A stretch of 64,000 bases of DNA from Candidatus Cloacimonadota bacterium (lineage in GTDB: Bacteria; Cloacimonadota; Cloacimonadia; G963667145), in contig OY781092.1 of NCBI GenBank assembly GCA_963676615.1, positions 576,001 through 640,000 on the forward strand. Reading direction: 5' to 3'. Below are positions 9,734 through 19,651 of the stretch, piece by piece. Each line of letters begins with the position of its first letter. The stretch's first letter is position 1. The notes under the pieces were generated by a model. It made no database searches and was not told where the DNA came from. It was given only the letters and a program-made list of their open reading frames with translations. Made by a program: the position numbers and the translations under genes.

Positions 9734-9938
9734 AAAATCTCCTTGAGAGTAATTTTGAGGTTTTGTAAAACTTTGCGAAAATTATTTACCGTTTGGTTGT
9801 CAGTATTTTAAGTGGCGTTATTGTGTCAAACTTTTACAGGTGAGAAATTTTGCCAGCCTTTTTGTAGCTTGCGGTTTTTTTTTCAGACCGAGATTTTTTA
9901 GATTTTTCTAAATTTTTGCAAAAAGTGTGCTAAAAATG

Positions 9939-9944
9939 TTGACA
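9939..9944 (+). promoter_or_regulatory. sigma70-type -35 box upstream of the zinc-ribbon gene and rnpB
   Basis: Perfect TTGACA about 60 nt upstream of the ATG; a divergent TTGACA at 9824-9829 faces putP. Confidence 0.5.
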
Positions 9945-10002
9945 CCAAAAACCGATTGCAATTCTCTATTTTAAAAGTTTTTAAAATTAGAGGGATATTT
10001 GG

Positions 10003-10716
10003 ATGAACCTATCGCAAAAATTGGCGAAAATGCAAGAGATTGATGATAAAATTACCGTTTTTTTGAAGGAGTCGGAGCATTTGCCCAAACAGCTAAAAGG
10101 GCTGAAAGACGCTGTGGCTGAAGATGAACAGGCTTTGCAGACGGCAAATAGCCAGCTGATGGAGTGCAAAGAGGCGCAAGGCAAGTTGGAGCTGGATGTG
10201 CAGTCCAATAATCAACTGATTGAGAAGTATAAGCAGCAGCTGAACAGCGTCACTAATAATAAAGAGTATAAGGCGTTGAATAGCGAGATTGCGCTGCTCA
10301 ATAGCAAAAATGGCGAGATCGACGAGAAAGATTTGCAGTTAATGGAGCAGGAAAAAGTTCTGAGCGAGCAAAAAAAAGAGGTGGAGTCCAAATTGCAGGA
10401 GAGCAAAAACGCTTTGCAGACCAGAGAGTCGGAGATTATGGAGAAGATTCAGAGCGTTAAATCCAAGATTGACCAGGAGAAAGCGCAGCGGAACGCAATT
10501 GCCAAAGATTTGCCGATAAATATGGTGAAGCAGTATGTTCTTTTGATTCAGAAAAAAAATCGCAAAGCTGTGGCGGTTGCGCAAAAAGAGGCTTGCAGCG
10601 AGTGTGGTTTTAGGCTCAGGCCGCAGCTTCTTTTGGAATTGAAGGTCGCAACAGAGCCAAAAGTTTGTGAGAATTGCGGGAGATTTTTGATTGGCTCGCA
10701 AGACGAAAGTGAATAA
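10003..10716 (+). CDS. Coiled-coil protein with C-terminal C4 zinc ribbon (DUF164/CdsZ/HP0958-like)
   Basis: Long coiled coil with NKEYKALNSEI, then CSEC...CENCGRFL; directly upstream of rnpB. Confidence 0.88.
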   Translation: MNLSQKLAKMQEIDDKITVFLKESEHLPKQLKGLKDAVAEDEQALQTANSQLMECKEAQGKLELDVQSNNQLIEKYKQQLNSVTNNKEYKALNSEIALLNSKNGEIDEKDLQLMEQEKVLSEQKKEVESKLQESKNALQTRESEIMEKIQSVKSKIDQEKAQRNAIAKDLPINMVKQYVLLIQKKNRKAVAVAQKEACSECGFRLRPQLLLELKVATEPKVCENCGRFLIGSQDESE

Positions 10717-10725
10717 TCCTTTTTT

Positions 10726-11114
10726 AAGGAGAAGATAAAATCTCTGCCGAGTGAGTAATTTTTTTTGCTGATTCGAAGGAAAGTCCGAACACCACACGAG
10801 CGGATCACTTCTTAAGACGAAGTCTTGGTGACAAGGAACTAGCCCCACAGAAAGATACCGTCTGACACCTATTTAGGTGTCAGATAAGGGTGAAATGGCG
10901 GTGTAAGAGACCACCAGCAAAGAGCGTGAGCTTTTTGGCTTGGGATGCTTTGATTGGTGCAATGCCAAATAGGAGACTGCTAGAGGTTGCTCGCCTTGCA
11001 TAGAAGGTCTCGGGTAGGCAGCAAGAGGCAGGCAGCGATGTCTGTCCTAGATAAATAGAGATATTTTGATCATCAGTAGGTCAAAAACAAAATTCGGCTT
11101 AATATCTTCTCCTT
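10726..11114 (+). ncRNA. rnpB: RNase P RNA, bacterial type A
   Basis: P1 AAGGAGAAGATA / TATCTTCTCCTT; GAAGGAAAGTCCGAAC ... ACAAAATTCGGCTTA (P4); ACAGAAA; GGGTGAAATGGCGGTGTAAGAGACCACC; GCAATGCCAAATAGG; CGGGTAGGC; TAGATAAAT. Confidence 0.96.
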
Positions 11115-11173
11115 TTAAAATTTTGCTGCGTTTTAAAGTTTTAAAAGAAAAATAAATAAATTACGGGAAGAAA

Positions 11174-12883
11174 ATGAAGTCGTTTTGGAAATTGTCCGCC
11201 AATAAATTTGACAAAAAATTGCTTAGTCAGTTGGAACAAGAGCTAAATTGTGGCGAAGTTTTTGCGAAAATTTTGCTGAATTTAGGCGTGAGTTCGCTCG
11301 CTGAAGCCAAGTCGTTTTTGTCGCCAAAAGTGGACGATTTGCTCGATCCATTTTTGTTTGTGCAGATGAAAAAAGCTGTGCAGATGGTGATTAAGGCGAT
11401 AAATGCCAAGCAGAAGATTTTGATTTATGGCGATTTCGATGTTGATGGCGTGACTTCTGTGACGGTGCTTTACAAGGGATTTTTGGATTTGGGAGCGAAT
11501 GTCGATTTTTTTATTCCCGATCGGATGCAAGACGGTTATGGGCTTAGCGACGGTTGCGTTGAGCGAGTTTTGCAAAATCCGCCGTCTTTGGTGATTACCG
11601 TCGATTGCGGAATTTCTGCGGTGGAGCAGGTCAAAAAGTTGGTCGATGCTGGTGTGGAAGTTTTGATTACCGATCATCATTTGCCGAAAGGCGAGATTCC
11701 ACCAGCGGGAGCGATCTTAAATCCGCAGCTGGAAGATAGCGGCTACCCCTGCAGATACCTTGCGGGAGTAGGTGTCGCCTTCAAGCTGCTTAGCGGCGTT
11801 TGCCAAACTTTGCAAGTCGATTTGGTCAAGCATCTTTATCCGTATCTGATTTTTGTTTGTTTAGGAACGATAGCCGATATTGTGCCGCTGATTGAGGAAA
11901 ATCGGACGCTTGCCCGAGTCGGTCTGTTGTCGATAAAAAACCGCTTCAACAAAGGGCTGACCGCTCTTATCGAGGCTTGTGGGCTGAATACCGAAAAGCT
12001 CAGTTCTGCCAACATCGTGTTTAATGTTGCCCCTAGAATAAATGTTGCCGGGAGAATGGGCAATGTTTTGCATGCGGTGCAACTTTTTTTGAGCGAAGAC
12101 AAGCAGGAGACCGACGAAATCGTGCACGAGCTGGAGGAGTTAAACACAATTCGCAGGAACGAGCAAGACGAAATTTATGAGCAGGCGTGCCAGCAGATAG
12201 CCGCAAAATATCCAAATTTGGACGCTTTGCAAAGTTTGGTGGTCAGCGACGCCAACTGGCATGTGGGTATCATCGGGATTGTGGCTTCCAAATTGGTCGA
12301 AAATTACTGTCGCCCTGTGATTGTTTTTGGCGAAGAAAATGGCGTTTTGCGTGGCTCGGCTCGCAGTGTGACGGGCTTTAATATCGTGCAGGGAATAGAG
12401 ACTGGCGCCGAGTTTTTGCAAGGTTTTGGCGGACATAAATACGCCGCTGGGCTGACTCTGCTCAAAGAATTTTTGCCGAAATTTGAGCAAAAGTTGCAAG
12501 ATTATACGAGCGAAAATTTGACGCAAGAGATGGTAGATCCAGTCTTCAAAATCGATGCGGAGCTAGATTTTTCGCAAATTGACCATCTTTTTGTGCGAAA
12601 CCTTTCCAAATTATCGCCTTTTGGACCAGGCAATCATAAGCCTGTTTTTTGCTCGAAAGGGTTAAAAATTGTTGCCAGCCCCAGAATTGTTGGGCAAAAT
12701 CATCTTCAGTTGCGGCTCACTGACGGCAAAAACGAGCTGAGTTTCATCGGTTTCGGCTTGGGCGATTATCAAAAAAAAATAGGCTACAACTCAAAAGTTG
12801 ACATCGTTTACGCCCTGGATTTCAACTATTGGCAAGACAAAGTCTCGATTCAAGGGTATTTGAAAGATTTGGATGTTTACTAA
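11174..12883 (+). CDS. recJ: ssDNA-specific exonuclease
   Basis: YGDFDVDG, GYGLS, ITVDCG, TDHH, GTIADIVPL, PRINVAGR, GSARS, GGH. Confidence 0.97.
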   Translation: MKSFWKLSANKFDKKLLSQLEQELNCGEVFAKILLNLGVSSLAEAKSFLSPKVDDLLDPFLFVQMKKAVQMVIKAINAKQKILIYGDFDVDGVTSVTVLYKGFLDLGANVDFFIPDRMQDGYGLSDGCVERVLQNPPSLVITVDCGISAVEQVKKLVDAGVEVLITDHHLPKGEIPPAGAILNPQLEDSGYPCRYLAGVGVAFKLLSGVCQTLQVDLVKHLYPYLIFVCLGTIADIVPLIEENRTLARVGLLSIKNRFNKGLTALIEACGLNTEKLSSANIVFNVAPRINVAGRMGNVLHAVQLFLSEDKQETDEIVHELEELNTIRRNEQDEIYEQACQQIAAKYPNLDALQSLVVSDANWHVGIIGIVASKLVENYCRPVIVFGEENGVLRGSARSVTGFNIVQGIETGAEFLQGFGGHKYAAGLTLLKEFLPKFEQKLQDYTSENLTQEMVDPVFKIDAELDFSQIDHLFVRNLSKLSPFGPGNHKPVFCSKGLKIVASPRIVGQNHLQLRLTDGKNELSFIGFGLGDYQKKIGYNSKVDIVYALDFNYWQDKVSIQGYLKDLDVY

Positions 12884-14372
12884 AATTTACAACTCACTTT
12901 GGTTGCCAGTGATTTCGGCGCTGCTTTTGGCGCTGGCTCGAATGGATTTCGGGCTTGGATTTTTGGTGTTTGTGGGATTTGTGCCGCTTCTTTTTTGGCT
13001 GGAACTCGAAAAAACTAAAGCGTCGTTGTGGAAAGGCGCAGCCCTTTTCAGCCTTTGCTTCAACGGAATTTATCTGTATTGGATTTCGTCGGTTAGCTTT
13101 TGGGGTTACATCGGCATTATCCTCTTTTTTATCCTCTATTTTTGGATCGTTTTTTACTTAATTCAGCAGAGTCTGCAAAAATTTCCGTGCCTGAAAATGC
13201 TCGCTTTTGCCTCGTTTTGGATTTCGCTGGAGCTTTATATGGGCTACACCGAGCTGGCTTTTCCGTGGCTAAGTCTTGGCTACAGCTTGGCTGGGCATCT
13301 TTATCTGATTCAGCTGGTCTCTTTGGGCGGAATGAGCGTTTTGTCTTTGGGAATAATTGCCGTTAACTACAGCATTTTTCGCTATATCAAGACAAAAAAT
13401 CGCAAATTTCTGCTGGCAATTTTTTCGCTTCTGCTGGGTTGGTCGATTTTGGGATTTTACCTTTATCAAACGGTGAAAGTTGTGCCAATCGACAAAAAAG
13501 TGGCGATTTTGCAACCGAATATTCCGCTTTCTGTCAAGCACAGCGCGGGTGGCAACGCCAAAATGATGAAAAAGTATAATCTTCAGCTGGACGAGTTGGT
13601 GAGCAAAAAAGTGGATTTGGCGCTGCTGCCAGAAAGTTCGATTATGGCGTTTCCGCTGCACAACAAAGCGCTTGCTGCCGATTTGGTGAAGATGAGCAAA
13701 AAGATAAACGGCGACATTTTTTTGGGATTTTTGGATTATCAAGTCACGCCAAAACGAGTCAAATACACCAACTCTTGCTCAAAAATCGACACAACTGGCA
13801 AATTTTTTACAATTTATAGCAAAAATATTTTGGTGCCGCTTGGGGAGCGAGTTCCGTTTTTGGATATTTTCCCGTTTTTGTGGAATCTGAAGTTGGGGCA
13901 AGCCAATTGGGAATATGGGCAGGCGGTTGAATTTTACAAGCTGGACGACTATTTGTATTCGCCAGTGATTTGCTATGAGATTGCGTTTGCTCGGCATTTG
14001 CGCAAGCTGGCTCAGGCGGATTTTATCGTCAATATCACCAACGACGCTTGGTTTGGCAGGACTGTCGGCGCTGTGCAACATATGCAGATGGCGATTTTTC
14101 GGGCGATTGAGCTGCGGCGGACGATTTATCGATGTGCCAACACGGGCTATTCGGTGGTTGTATTGCCCACGGGCGAGATTTTGCAAAAAACGGGCTTGTT
14201 CGAAGAGAAAATAGTTGTTGACAAACTTTATTTGAGCGGCACGAACTCCTTTTATTCCCAAAATAATTTTGAGTGGATTTTTGTCGTTTTGGCTTTGCTG
14301 TTTTGTGTTGGAATTTTTTTTAAAAGTGCTTTTTGGCGAAAATTTTGTGGAAGAAAAAAAGGTGAATTTTAG
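12873..14372 (+). CDS. lnt: Apolipoprotein N-acyltransferase
   Basis: N-terminal TM helices, FPWLSLGY, QPNI, LPES, KNILVPLGE, ICYE, TNDAWFG, ANTGYS. Confidence 0.95.
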   Translation: MFTKIYNSLWLPVISALLLALARMDFGLGFLVFVGFVPLLFWLELEKTKASLWKGAALFSLCFNGIYLYWISSVSFWGYIGIILFFILYFWIVFYLIQQSLQKFPCLKMLAFASFWISLELYMGYTELAFPWLSLGYSLAGHLYLIQLVSLGGMSVLSLGIIAVNYSIFRYIKTKNRKFLLAIFSLLLGWSILGFYLYQTVKVVPIDKKVAILQPNIPLSVKHSAGGNAKMMKKYNLQLDELVSKKVDLALLPESSIMAFPLHNKALAADLVKMSKKINGDIFLGFLDYQVTPKRVKYTNSCSKIDTTGKFFTIYSKNILVPLGERVPFLDIFPFLWNLKLGQANWEYGQAVEFYKLDDYLYSPVICYEIAFARHLRKLAQADFIVNITNDAWFGRTVGAVQHMQMAIFRAIELRRTIYRCANTGYSVVVLPTGEILQKTGLFEEKIVVDKLYLSGTNSFYSQNNFEWIFVVLALLFCVGIFFKSAFWRKFCGRKKGEF

Positions 14373-14385
14373 ACGGAGATTTTTT

Positions 14386-14733
14386 ATGAAAATTGCGAAA
14401 GTTGCTTGTGACGAAAATGGCGAATCTTTTTTTGAAGAGGTGGAAATCGAGTTGAAAAATCAAGGGTTGATCGGCAGTTTGTCGCAAGATTTTCCTGCGA
14501 AATCGATTGTCTTTCGCACAAATCCAGCTGATTACGACTACTCTTGGCACACAGCGCCGCGGCGGCAGTATATTGCGCTTCTTGCGGGCGCCATCAGCGT
14601 GGAGGTGTCCAGCGGCGAAGTGCGGGAGTTTTATCCCGGCGATGTCTTCATCGTTGCTGACATCACGGGCAAGGGGCACAAATCAAAGTCGCTGGACGGC
14701 AAGCCTCGCAAATCTTTGTTTATCACTTTTTGA
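14386..14733 (+). CDS. Cupin-domain protein
   Basis: DENGESFF, WHTAPRRQY, GDV...DITGKGH; start at ATG 14386 after GGAG. Confidence 0.8.
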   Translation: MKIAKVACDENGESFFEEVEIELKNQGLIGSLSQDFPAKSIVFRTNPADYDYSWHTAPRRQYIALLAGAISVEVSSGEVREFYPGDVFIVADITGKGHKSKSLDGKPRKSLFITF

Positions 14734-14762
14734 CGCTGATTTTTTATAATAAAGGAAGAAAA

Positions 14763-15356
14763 ATGAAAGAGTTTATCGCAAAATTGGCGAGTGATGCGCC
14801 GACTCCAGGTGGCGGTTCTGCGGGTTGTGTAATCGGAGCCATTGCCGTAGCTGCAGCGCAAATGGTGCTGAATTTGACAACGGGCAAAAAAAAATATTTG
14901 CAGTTTGAGCAGAGCAACGGCGAGGCTTTGCAGGAGTTGGAGTGCTTGGCTGGCGAGTTTTTGTATCTCAAAGAAAAGGATGAGCAGGTTTTTGATTTGG
15001 TGAGCAGAGCCTACGCTTTGCCCAAAGGGCAGACGAAGACCAAAGAGCTGCAAATCGCTTTGCAGACGGCGATGCAGCCGCCATATTCTGGACTGGAAAT
15101 CGCTTTGCGGAGCTTGGAGATTGTGCAAAGTTTGCTCACGACGACCAACGCAAATTTGATTAGCGATTTGGCTGTGGCAACAGCGGGGTTAGAGGCTGCG
15201 GTTAAGTGCTGCTATTTCAATGTGTTAATCAATCTTAAATTTATAAAAGACGAAGAATTTTGCAATTTTTGGTCGGATAAAGCTAGAGTTTGTTACGACA
15301 AAGCTTTGGCAATCAGCGGTGCGGTGCAGGAAGAGATTTTGCAAAAAATCACTTGA
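14763..15356 (+). CDS. Formiminotetrahydrofolate cyclodeaminase / methenyl-THF cyclohydrolase family
   Basis: LASDAPTPGGGS, MVLNLTTGKKKY, NLISD, NVLINL. Confidence 0.9.
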   Translation: MKEFIAKLASDAPTPGGGSAGCVIGAIAVAAAQMVLNLTTGKKKYLQFEQSNGEALQELECLAGEFLYLKEKDEQVFDLVSRAYALPKGQTKTKELQIALQTAMQPPYSGLEIALRSLEIVQSLLTTTNANLISDLAVATAGLEAAVKCCYFNVLINLKFIKDEEFCNFWSDKARVCYDKALAISGAVQEEILQKIT

Positions 15357-15383
15357 TTTTTACTAAAAATAAAGAATGAAATA

Positions 15384-16355
15384 ATGGAGAAAAAAATGTA
15401 CACGATTTTGACTGGAGGAGCGGGATTTATTGGGGCGAATATCCTGCGAGAACTGAACAGCAGAGGCGTTGAAGATATTATCGTTGTGGATAATCTGGAA
15501 AGTAGCCAGAAATGGCAAAATTTGGTCGGTTGCAGATTTGAGAACTATTTTAACAAGCAAGAGTTTCACAGTTTGATCAACGAAGATTTTCATTATTTTG
15601 GCAAGATAAAGTCGGTGATTCATATGGGGGCGTGCTCGGCGACGACCGAGGAAAATATGGACTATTTGATGCACAACAATCTGCACTATTCTCAGCTGAT
15701 GTTCAATTTGGCGAACGAGCATGGCGCGTCGTTTTTGTATGCGTCGTCGGCAGCGACTTATGGCGACGGCTCGCAAGGTTTTGATGATAGGCAAGATATT
15801 CACAAGTTGCGTCCGATCAACCGTTACGGCTACTCTAAGCAGCTTTTTGACGCCTGGCTCGACAAAAATAATTTTTGGGCAAAAGCTATTGGCTTGAAGT
15901 TTTTTAATGTTTTTGGACCGCTGGAGGCTCACAAAGGGTCGATGGTGTCGATGGCTTATCGCGGCTATCAGCAGATAATGCAGACGGGCAAAATCAAGCT
16001 TTTTGCCTCGGATCAGCCAAACTATCAGGACGGCGAGCAAAAGCGAGATTTTGTGTATGTAAAAGATTGTGCCAAGGCGGTTTGCGAGCTTATTGAGCAG
16101 AAAAATGTTGGCGGACTTTACAATATGGGCACCGGCGTGGCGCACTCTTGGAACGATATGGCTCAGGCTTTGTTTTTGGCAACTGGCAAAAAAATGAGCG
16201 TTAAGTATATTCCGATGCCCGAAAATCTCAAGGGCTCTTATCAATATTACACCAAAGCGGAGATGGGGAAGCTGCTGTCGGTTTTGCCGAATTTTGAGTT
16301 TACTTCGCTAAACGATGCGGTAAAAGATTATGTGCAGGGCTGGCTGGGGAAGTAG
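15384..16355 (+). CDS. hldD: ADP-L-glycero-D-manno-heptose 6-epimerase
   Basis: TGGAGFIG, HMGACSATTE, YASSAATYG, YGYSK, FFNVFGP.E.HKG.M.S, RDFVYV, YQYYT. Confidence 0.95.
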   Translation: MEKKMYTILTGGAGFIGANILRELNSRGVEDIIVVDNLESSQKWQNLVGCRFENYFNKQEFHSLINEDFHYFGKIKSVIHMGACSATTEENMDYLMHNNLHYSQLMFNLANEHGASFLYASSAATYGDGSQGFDDRQDIHKLRPINRYGYSKQLFDAWLDKNNFWAKAIGLKFFNVFGPLEAHKGSMVSMAYRGYQQIMQTGKIKLFASDQPNYQDGEQKRDFVYVKDCAKAVCELIEQKNVGGLYNMGTGVAHSWNDMAQALFLATGKKMSVKYIPMPENLKGSYQYYTKAEMGKLLSVLPNFEFTSLNDAVKDYVQGWLGK

Positions 16356-16545
16356 GCGTGGAAAAGTTTTTTTTCGGAAAATACGAAAAGGAGATTTTTC
16401 GGGTTGTCCCAGACTATATCTAACTCCTTAAGCTAGGCTTTATGAAAAAAGTTTAGTATGAAAATGGCAAAAAATGATGTCGCGTGATTTGTTCAAAAGC
16501 TGATCAAATTACGCTTCGATTTTGTGTTTTTTTTAAGGAGAAAAA

Positions 16546-17925
16546 ATGAAATTTATTCCAGAACCGTTTAAAATAAAGATGGTTGAGCCGTTGAATTTAA
16601 TCGACCGCCAAGCCCGCGAAAAAGCTCTTGTTGAGGCTGGTTATAACCCGTTTTCGCTCAAAGCAGAAGATGTTTTTATCGATTTGTTGACTGATAGTGG
16701 AACAGGGGCGATGAGTGATAGGCAATGGGCAGGAATTATGCTTGGCGACGAATCTTATGCGGGTAGCCGCAATTTTTATCACCTGCAGGAGTCGGCTCGC
16801 AAAATTTTTGGCTACGAGTATATTATTCCCACGCATCAGGGCAGAGGAGCAGAGCAAATTCTTTTTCCGCAATTGCTCAAAAAAAAAGGTGATTTTTTTA
16901 TTAGCAATATGCATTTTGACACGACCAAGGCGCATGTAGAGTTGTGCGGCGGTGTTGCGATTAATGCAATAACGCCCAAAGCTTTGGATACGGCTGTCTA
17001 TGACGATTGGAAAGGGAATTTCGATTTGAACAAAGTGGAAGATTTGTTTCGTGAAAAAGGCGTAGAAAATATAGCGGCTGTAATCGTTACCATAACTTGC
17101 AATTCTAGTGGTGGTCAGCCAGTTTCGATGGATAATATCAAATCCGTGAGCAATTTAGCGCGAAAAAATGGAGTTCCTGTTGTTTTTGATTCGGCAAGGT
17201 TTGCAGAGAACGCTTATTTTATAAAAGAACGAGACCCCAATTACAAAAATGCGAGCATTGCCGAGATAGTGCAGGAGATGTATTCGTATGGCGACTGCTT
17301 GACTTGTTCGGCAAAAAAAGACGCGATTGTAAATATGGGTGGTCTTATCGGGATAAAAAATGATAGTCAGCTGTTTGACGCTTGTCGATCGTATCTTGTT
17401 CCGATGGAAGGATTTCCGACTTATGGAGGGTTGAACGGCAGAGATATGGAAGCCGTGGCGATAGGATTGCAAGAAGGTGTTGATTATAACTATTTGAAAT
17501 CTCGCATCGGGCAGGTCGAATTTTTGGGAGATTTGCTTCGTGATGCGGGAGTGCCAATTCAATATCCGACGGGCGGTCACGCGGTTTTTGTGGATTGTGC
17601 TAAAATTTGTCCGCATATCCCTTTTGATCAATTTCCCGCTCAATCTGTGTGTAACGCTGTTTATTTGGAGGGCGGAGTGCGACCAGTAGAAATCGGCTCT
17701 TTTTTGCTTGGACGAGATCCACTCACGGGCGAAAATCTTCGTTCGGATTTGGAGCTAATGCGACTAACAATTCCAAGGCGTGTTTATACCGACAATCATA
17801 TGCGCTATATAGCTCAGACGGTCATTGAAGTTGCCAATAATGCTAAAAAATTAAAGGGGTTTGAGTTTGATTATGAGCCTCCAGTTTTGCGGCACTTTAC
17901 CGCAAGATTGAAGCCGAAAAATTAG
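16546..17925 (+). CDS. tnaA: Tryptophanase
   Basis: [21 protein letters not shown] motif SAKKD and C-terminal LRHFTARL (tyrosine phenol-lyase has SGKKD and LRFF). Confidence 0.92.
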   Translation: MKFIPEPFKIKMVEPLNLIDRQAREKALVEAGYNPFSLKAEDVFIDLLTDSGTGAMSDRQWAGIMLGDESYAGSRNFYHLQESARKIFGYEYIIPTHQGRGAEQILFPQLLKKKGDFFISNMHFDTTKAHVELCGGVAINAITPKALDTAVYDDWKGNFDLNKVEDLFREKGVENIAAVIVTITCNSSGGQPVSMDNIKSVSNLARKNGVPVVFDSARFAENAYFIKERDPNYKNASIAEIVQEMYSYGDCLTCSAKKDAIVNMGGLIGIKNDSQLFDACRSYLVPMEGFPTYGGLNGRDMEAVAIGLQEGVDYNYLKSRIGQVEFLGDLLRDAGVPIQYPTGGHAVFVDCAKICPHIPFDQFPAQSVCNAVYLEGGVRPVEIGSFLLGRDPLTGENLRSDLELMRLTIPRRVYTDNHMRYIAQTVIEVANNAKKLKGFEFDYEPPVLRHFTARLKPKN

Positions 17926-17944
17926 AACTGCTGTATTTTTGAAT

Positions 17945-17990
17945 ATCCTAGTCTTTATAAAAAATAATTTTGAAGGCTAGGATTTTTTTT
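17945..17990 (+). terminator. Intrinsic terminator after tnaA
   Basis: ATCCTAGTCTTT ... GAAGGCTAGGAT stem followed by a T run. Confidence 0.75.
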
Positions 17991-18136
17991 GTTTGTGTTT
18001 TGGGTTAAAATTGTGCAGACAAGAAATTTGGCTACATAATTCGCACAGAAACTATTTGACAGATAGCTCCCACAAAACCTTTCTTGCTCTAGAGTTCGGG
18101 AGTAAGAGAAATTTTCTTTAAGGAGAGGACAGAGAA

Positions 18137-18874
18137 ATGTCAGGACATAATAAATGGAGTTCTATCAAGCACAAGAAAGGGGCTGCGGACAAGAAGAGAG
18201 CGAAACTTTTTACCAAGTTGATAAAAGAGATTACGGTGGCTGCTCGCCAAGGTGGAGGCGACGAAACTTCCAATCCTCGCTTGCGGACGGCTGTGGCTGC
18301 GGCAAAAGCTGCGAATATGCCGACTGCCAATGTTGACAAGGCGATAAAGCGCGGCACGGGCGAGACCGACGGCGTTAATTACGAGGAGATTGTTTACGAG
18401 GGCTATGGTCAAGCGGGCGTTGCGATAATTGTGGAGTGTTTGACGGACAACCGAAACCGCACAGTTGCGGATGTTCGGCATATTTTTTCTAAATACGGCG
18501 GTAATTTAGCGGAAAGCGGTGCTGTTGCGTGGGTTTTTGATTCTAAGGGCGAAATTGTGGTCAAGTGCGATTTGGACGAGGACGAGTTTATGCTCACGGC
18601 GCTTGATTGTGGGGCAGAGGACATCGAGGCGGACGATGGCGAATTTTTGGTTTACACAGATTCCAAGGAGCTGCACACCGTGGTGGACGCCCTCAAGTCG
18701 CAAGGTCTTGATGTGCAAAAGTTTGAACTGACCAAAATTCCGAAAAATACGGTGAACGCCGACGATGTTGCCGAGGGGCTTTTGAATTTGATAGACAAGC
18801 TAGAAGATTGTGACGATGTGCAAAAAGTTTACGCGAATTTTGAGATTTCGGACGAAGTTTTAGAAAAGTTATAA
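18137..18874 (+). CDS. yebC: YebC/PmpR family protein
   Basis: MSGHNKWSSIKHKK, NPRLR, YEGYG, TDNRNRT, DDVQKVYAN. Confidence 0.96.
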   Translation: MSGHNKWSSIKHKKGAADKKRAKLFTKLIKEITVAARQGGGDETSNPRLRTAVAAAKAANMPTANVDKAIKRGTGETDGVNYEEIVYEGYGQAGVAIIVECLTDNRNRTVADVRHIFSKYGGNLAESGAVAWVFDSKGEIVVKCDLDEDEFMLTALDCGAEDIEADDGEFLVYTDSKELHTVVDALKSQGLDVQKFELTKIPKNTVNADDVAEGLLNLIDKLEDCDDVQKVYANFEISDEVLEKL

Positions 18875-18890
18875 AATTGAGGTTTAGAGT

Positions 18891-19631
18891 GTGATTTATA
18901 AAAAGAAAATTGTTGTGATTATGCCTGCATATAATGCAGCGAAAACTCTAGAAAAAACTTATTCTGAAATTCCTTTTGATATTGTGGATGATGTGATTTT
19001 AACAGATGATTTGAGTTCTGATAAAACTGTGGAAATTGCAAAAGAAATAGGGATAAAGCATATATTAATTCATGGCAAAAATAAAGGATATGGTGGAAAT
19101 CAAAAAACCTGTTATGACAAAGCTTTGGAGTTGGGGGCTGATATTGTTATAATGTTACATCCAGACTATCAATACACTCCCAAATTGATACCATCAATTA
19201 GCTATATAATTGCCAATGGCTTATATCCTGTGGTTTTTGCGTCAAGAATTTTGGGAAAAGGAGCATTAAAGGGAGGAATGCCGCTGATTAAGTATGTTTC
19301 AAATAGGGCGTTAACATTATTTCAGAATATATTTTTTAATCAAAAATTATCTGAATATCACACCGGATATCGTGCTTTTACAGCAGAAGTTCTTAGGTCA
19401 GTTAATTACAAAAATAATTCCGATGATTTTATTTTTGATAATCAAATAATTGCTCAAATTTTCTATGAAAATTTTGAAATAGGAGAAATTACTTGCCCAA
19501 CAAAATATTTTAAGGATGCATCATCAATTAATTTGTGGAACAGTTTTAGGTATGGTCTTGGAGTTTTGAAAATTTCGGTACTGTATAGGTTGACAAAGAT
19601 AGGTTTGTTTAAAAGCAAAATTTTCAAATAG
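18891..19631 (+). CDS. GT2 glycosyltransferase, DPM1/GtrB-like (probably makes a polyprenyl-phosphate sugar)
   Basis: MPAYNAA, DDLSSD, NKGYGGNQK, HPDYQY, ASRI, EYHTGYRA; AT-rich coding. Confidence 0.9.
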   Translation: MIYKKKIVVIMPAYNAAKTLEKTYSEIPFDIVDDVILTDDLSSDKTVEIAKEIGIKHILIHGKNKGYGGNQKTCYDKALELGADIVIMLHPDYQYTPKLIPSISYIIANGLYPVVFASRILGKGALKGGMPLIKYVSNRALTLFQNIFFNQKLSEYHTGYRAFTAEVLRSVNYKNNSDDFIFDNQIIAQIFYENFEIGEITCPTKYFKDASSINLWNSFRYGLGVLKISVLYRLTKIGLFKSKIFK

Positions 19632-19651
19632 GTTTTATTTAACGAAAAGGA

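Noticed and set aside
10940..11020. Possible loss of the CCA-pairing GGU motif in RNase P RNA
   Set aside because: The odd GGGATGCT segment belongs to the P10/P11 region; the L15 motif is intact in CTCGGGTAGGC
15363..16244. 293-aa minus-strand ORF
   Set aside because: Antisense shadow of hldD with no recognisable motifs
16546..17925. Tyrosine phenol-lyase call
   Set aside because: SAKKD and LRHFT diagnose tryptophanase
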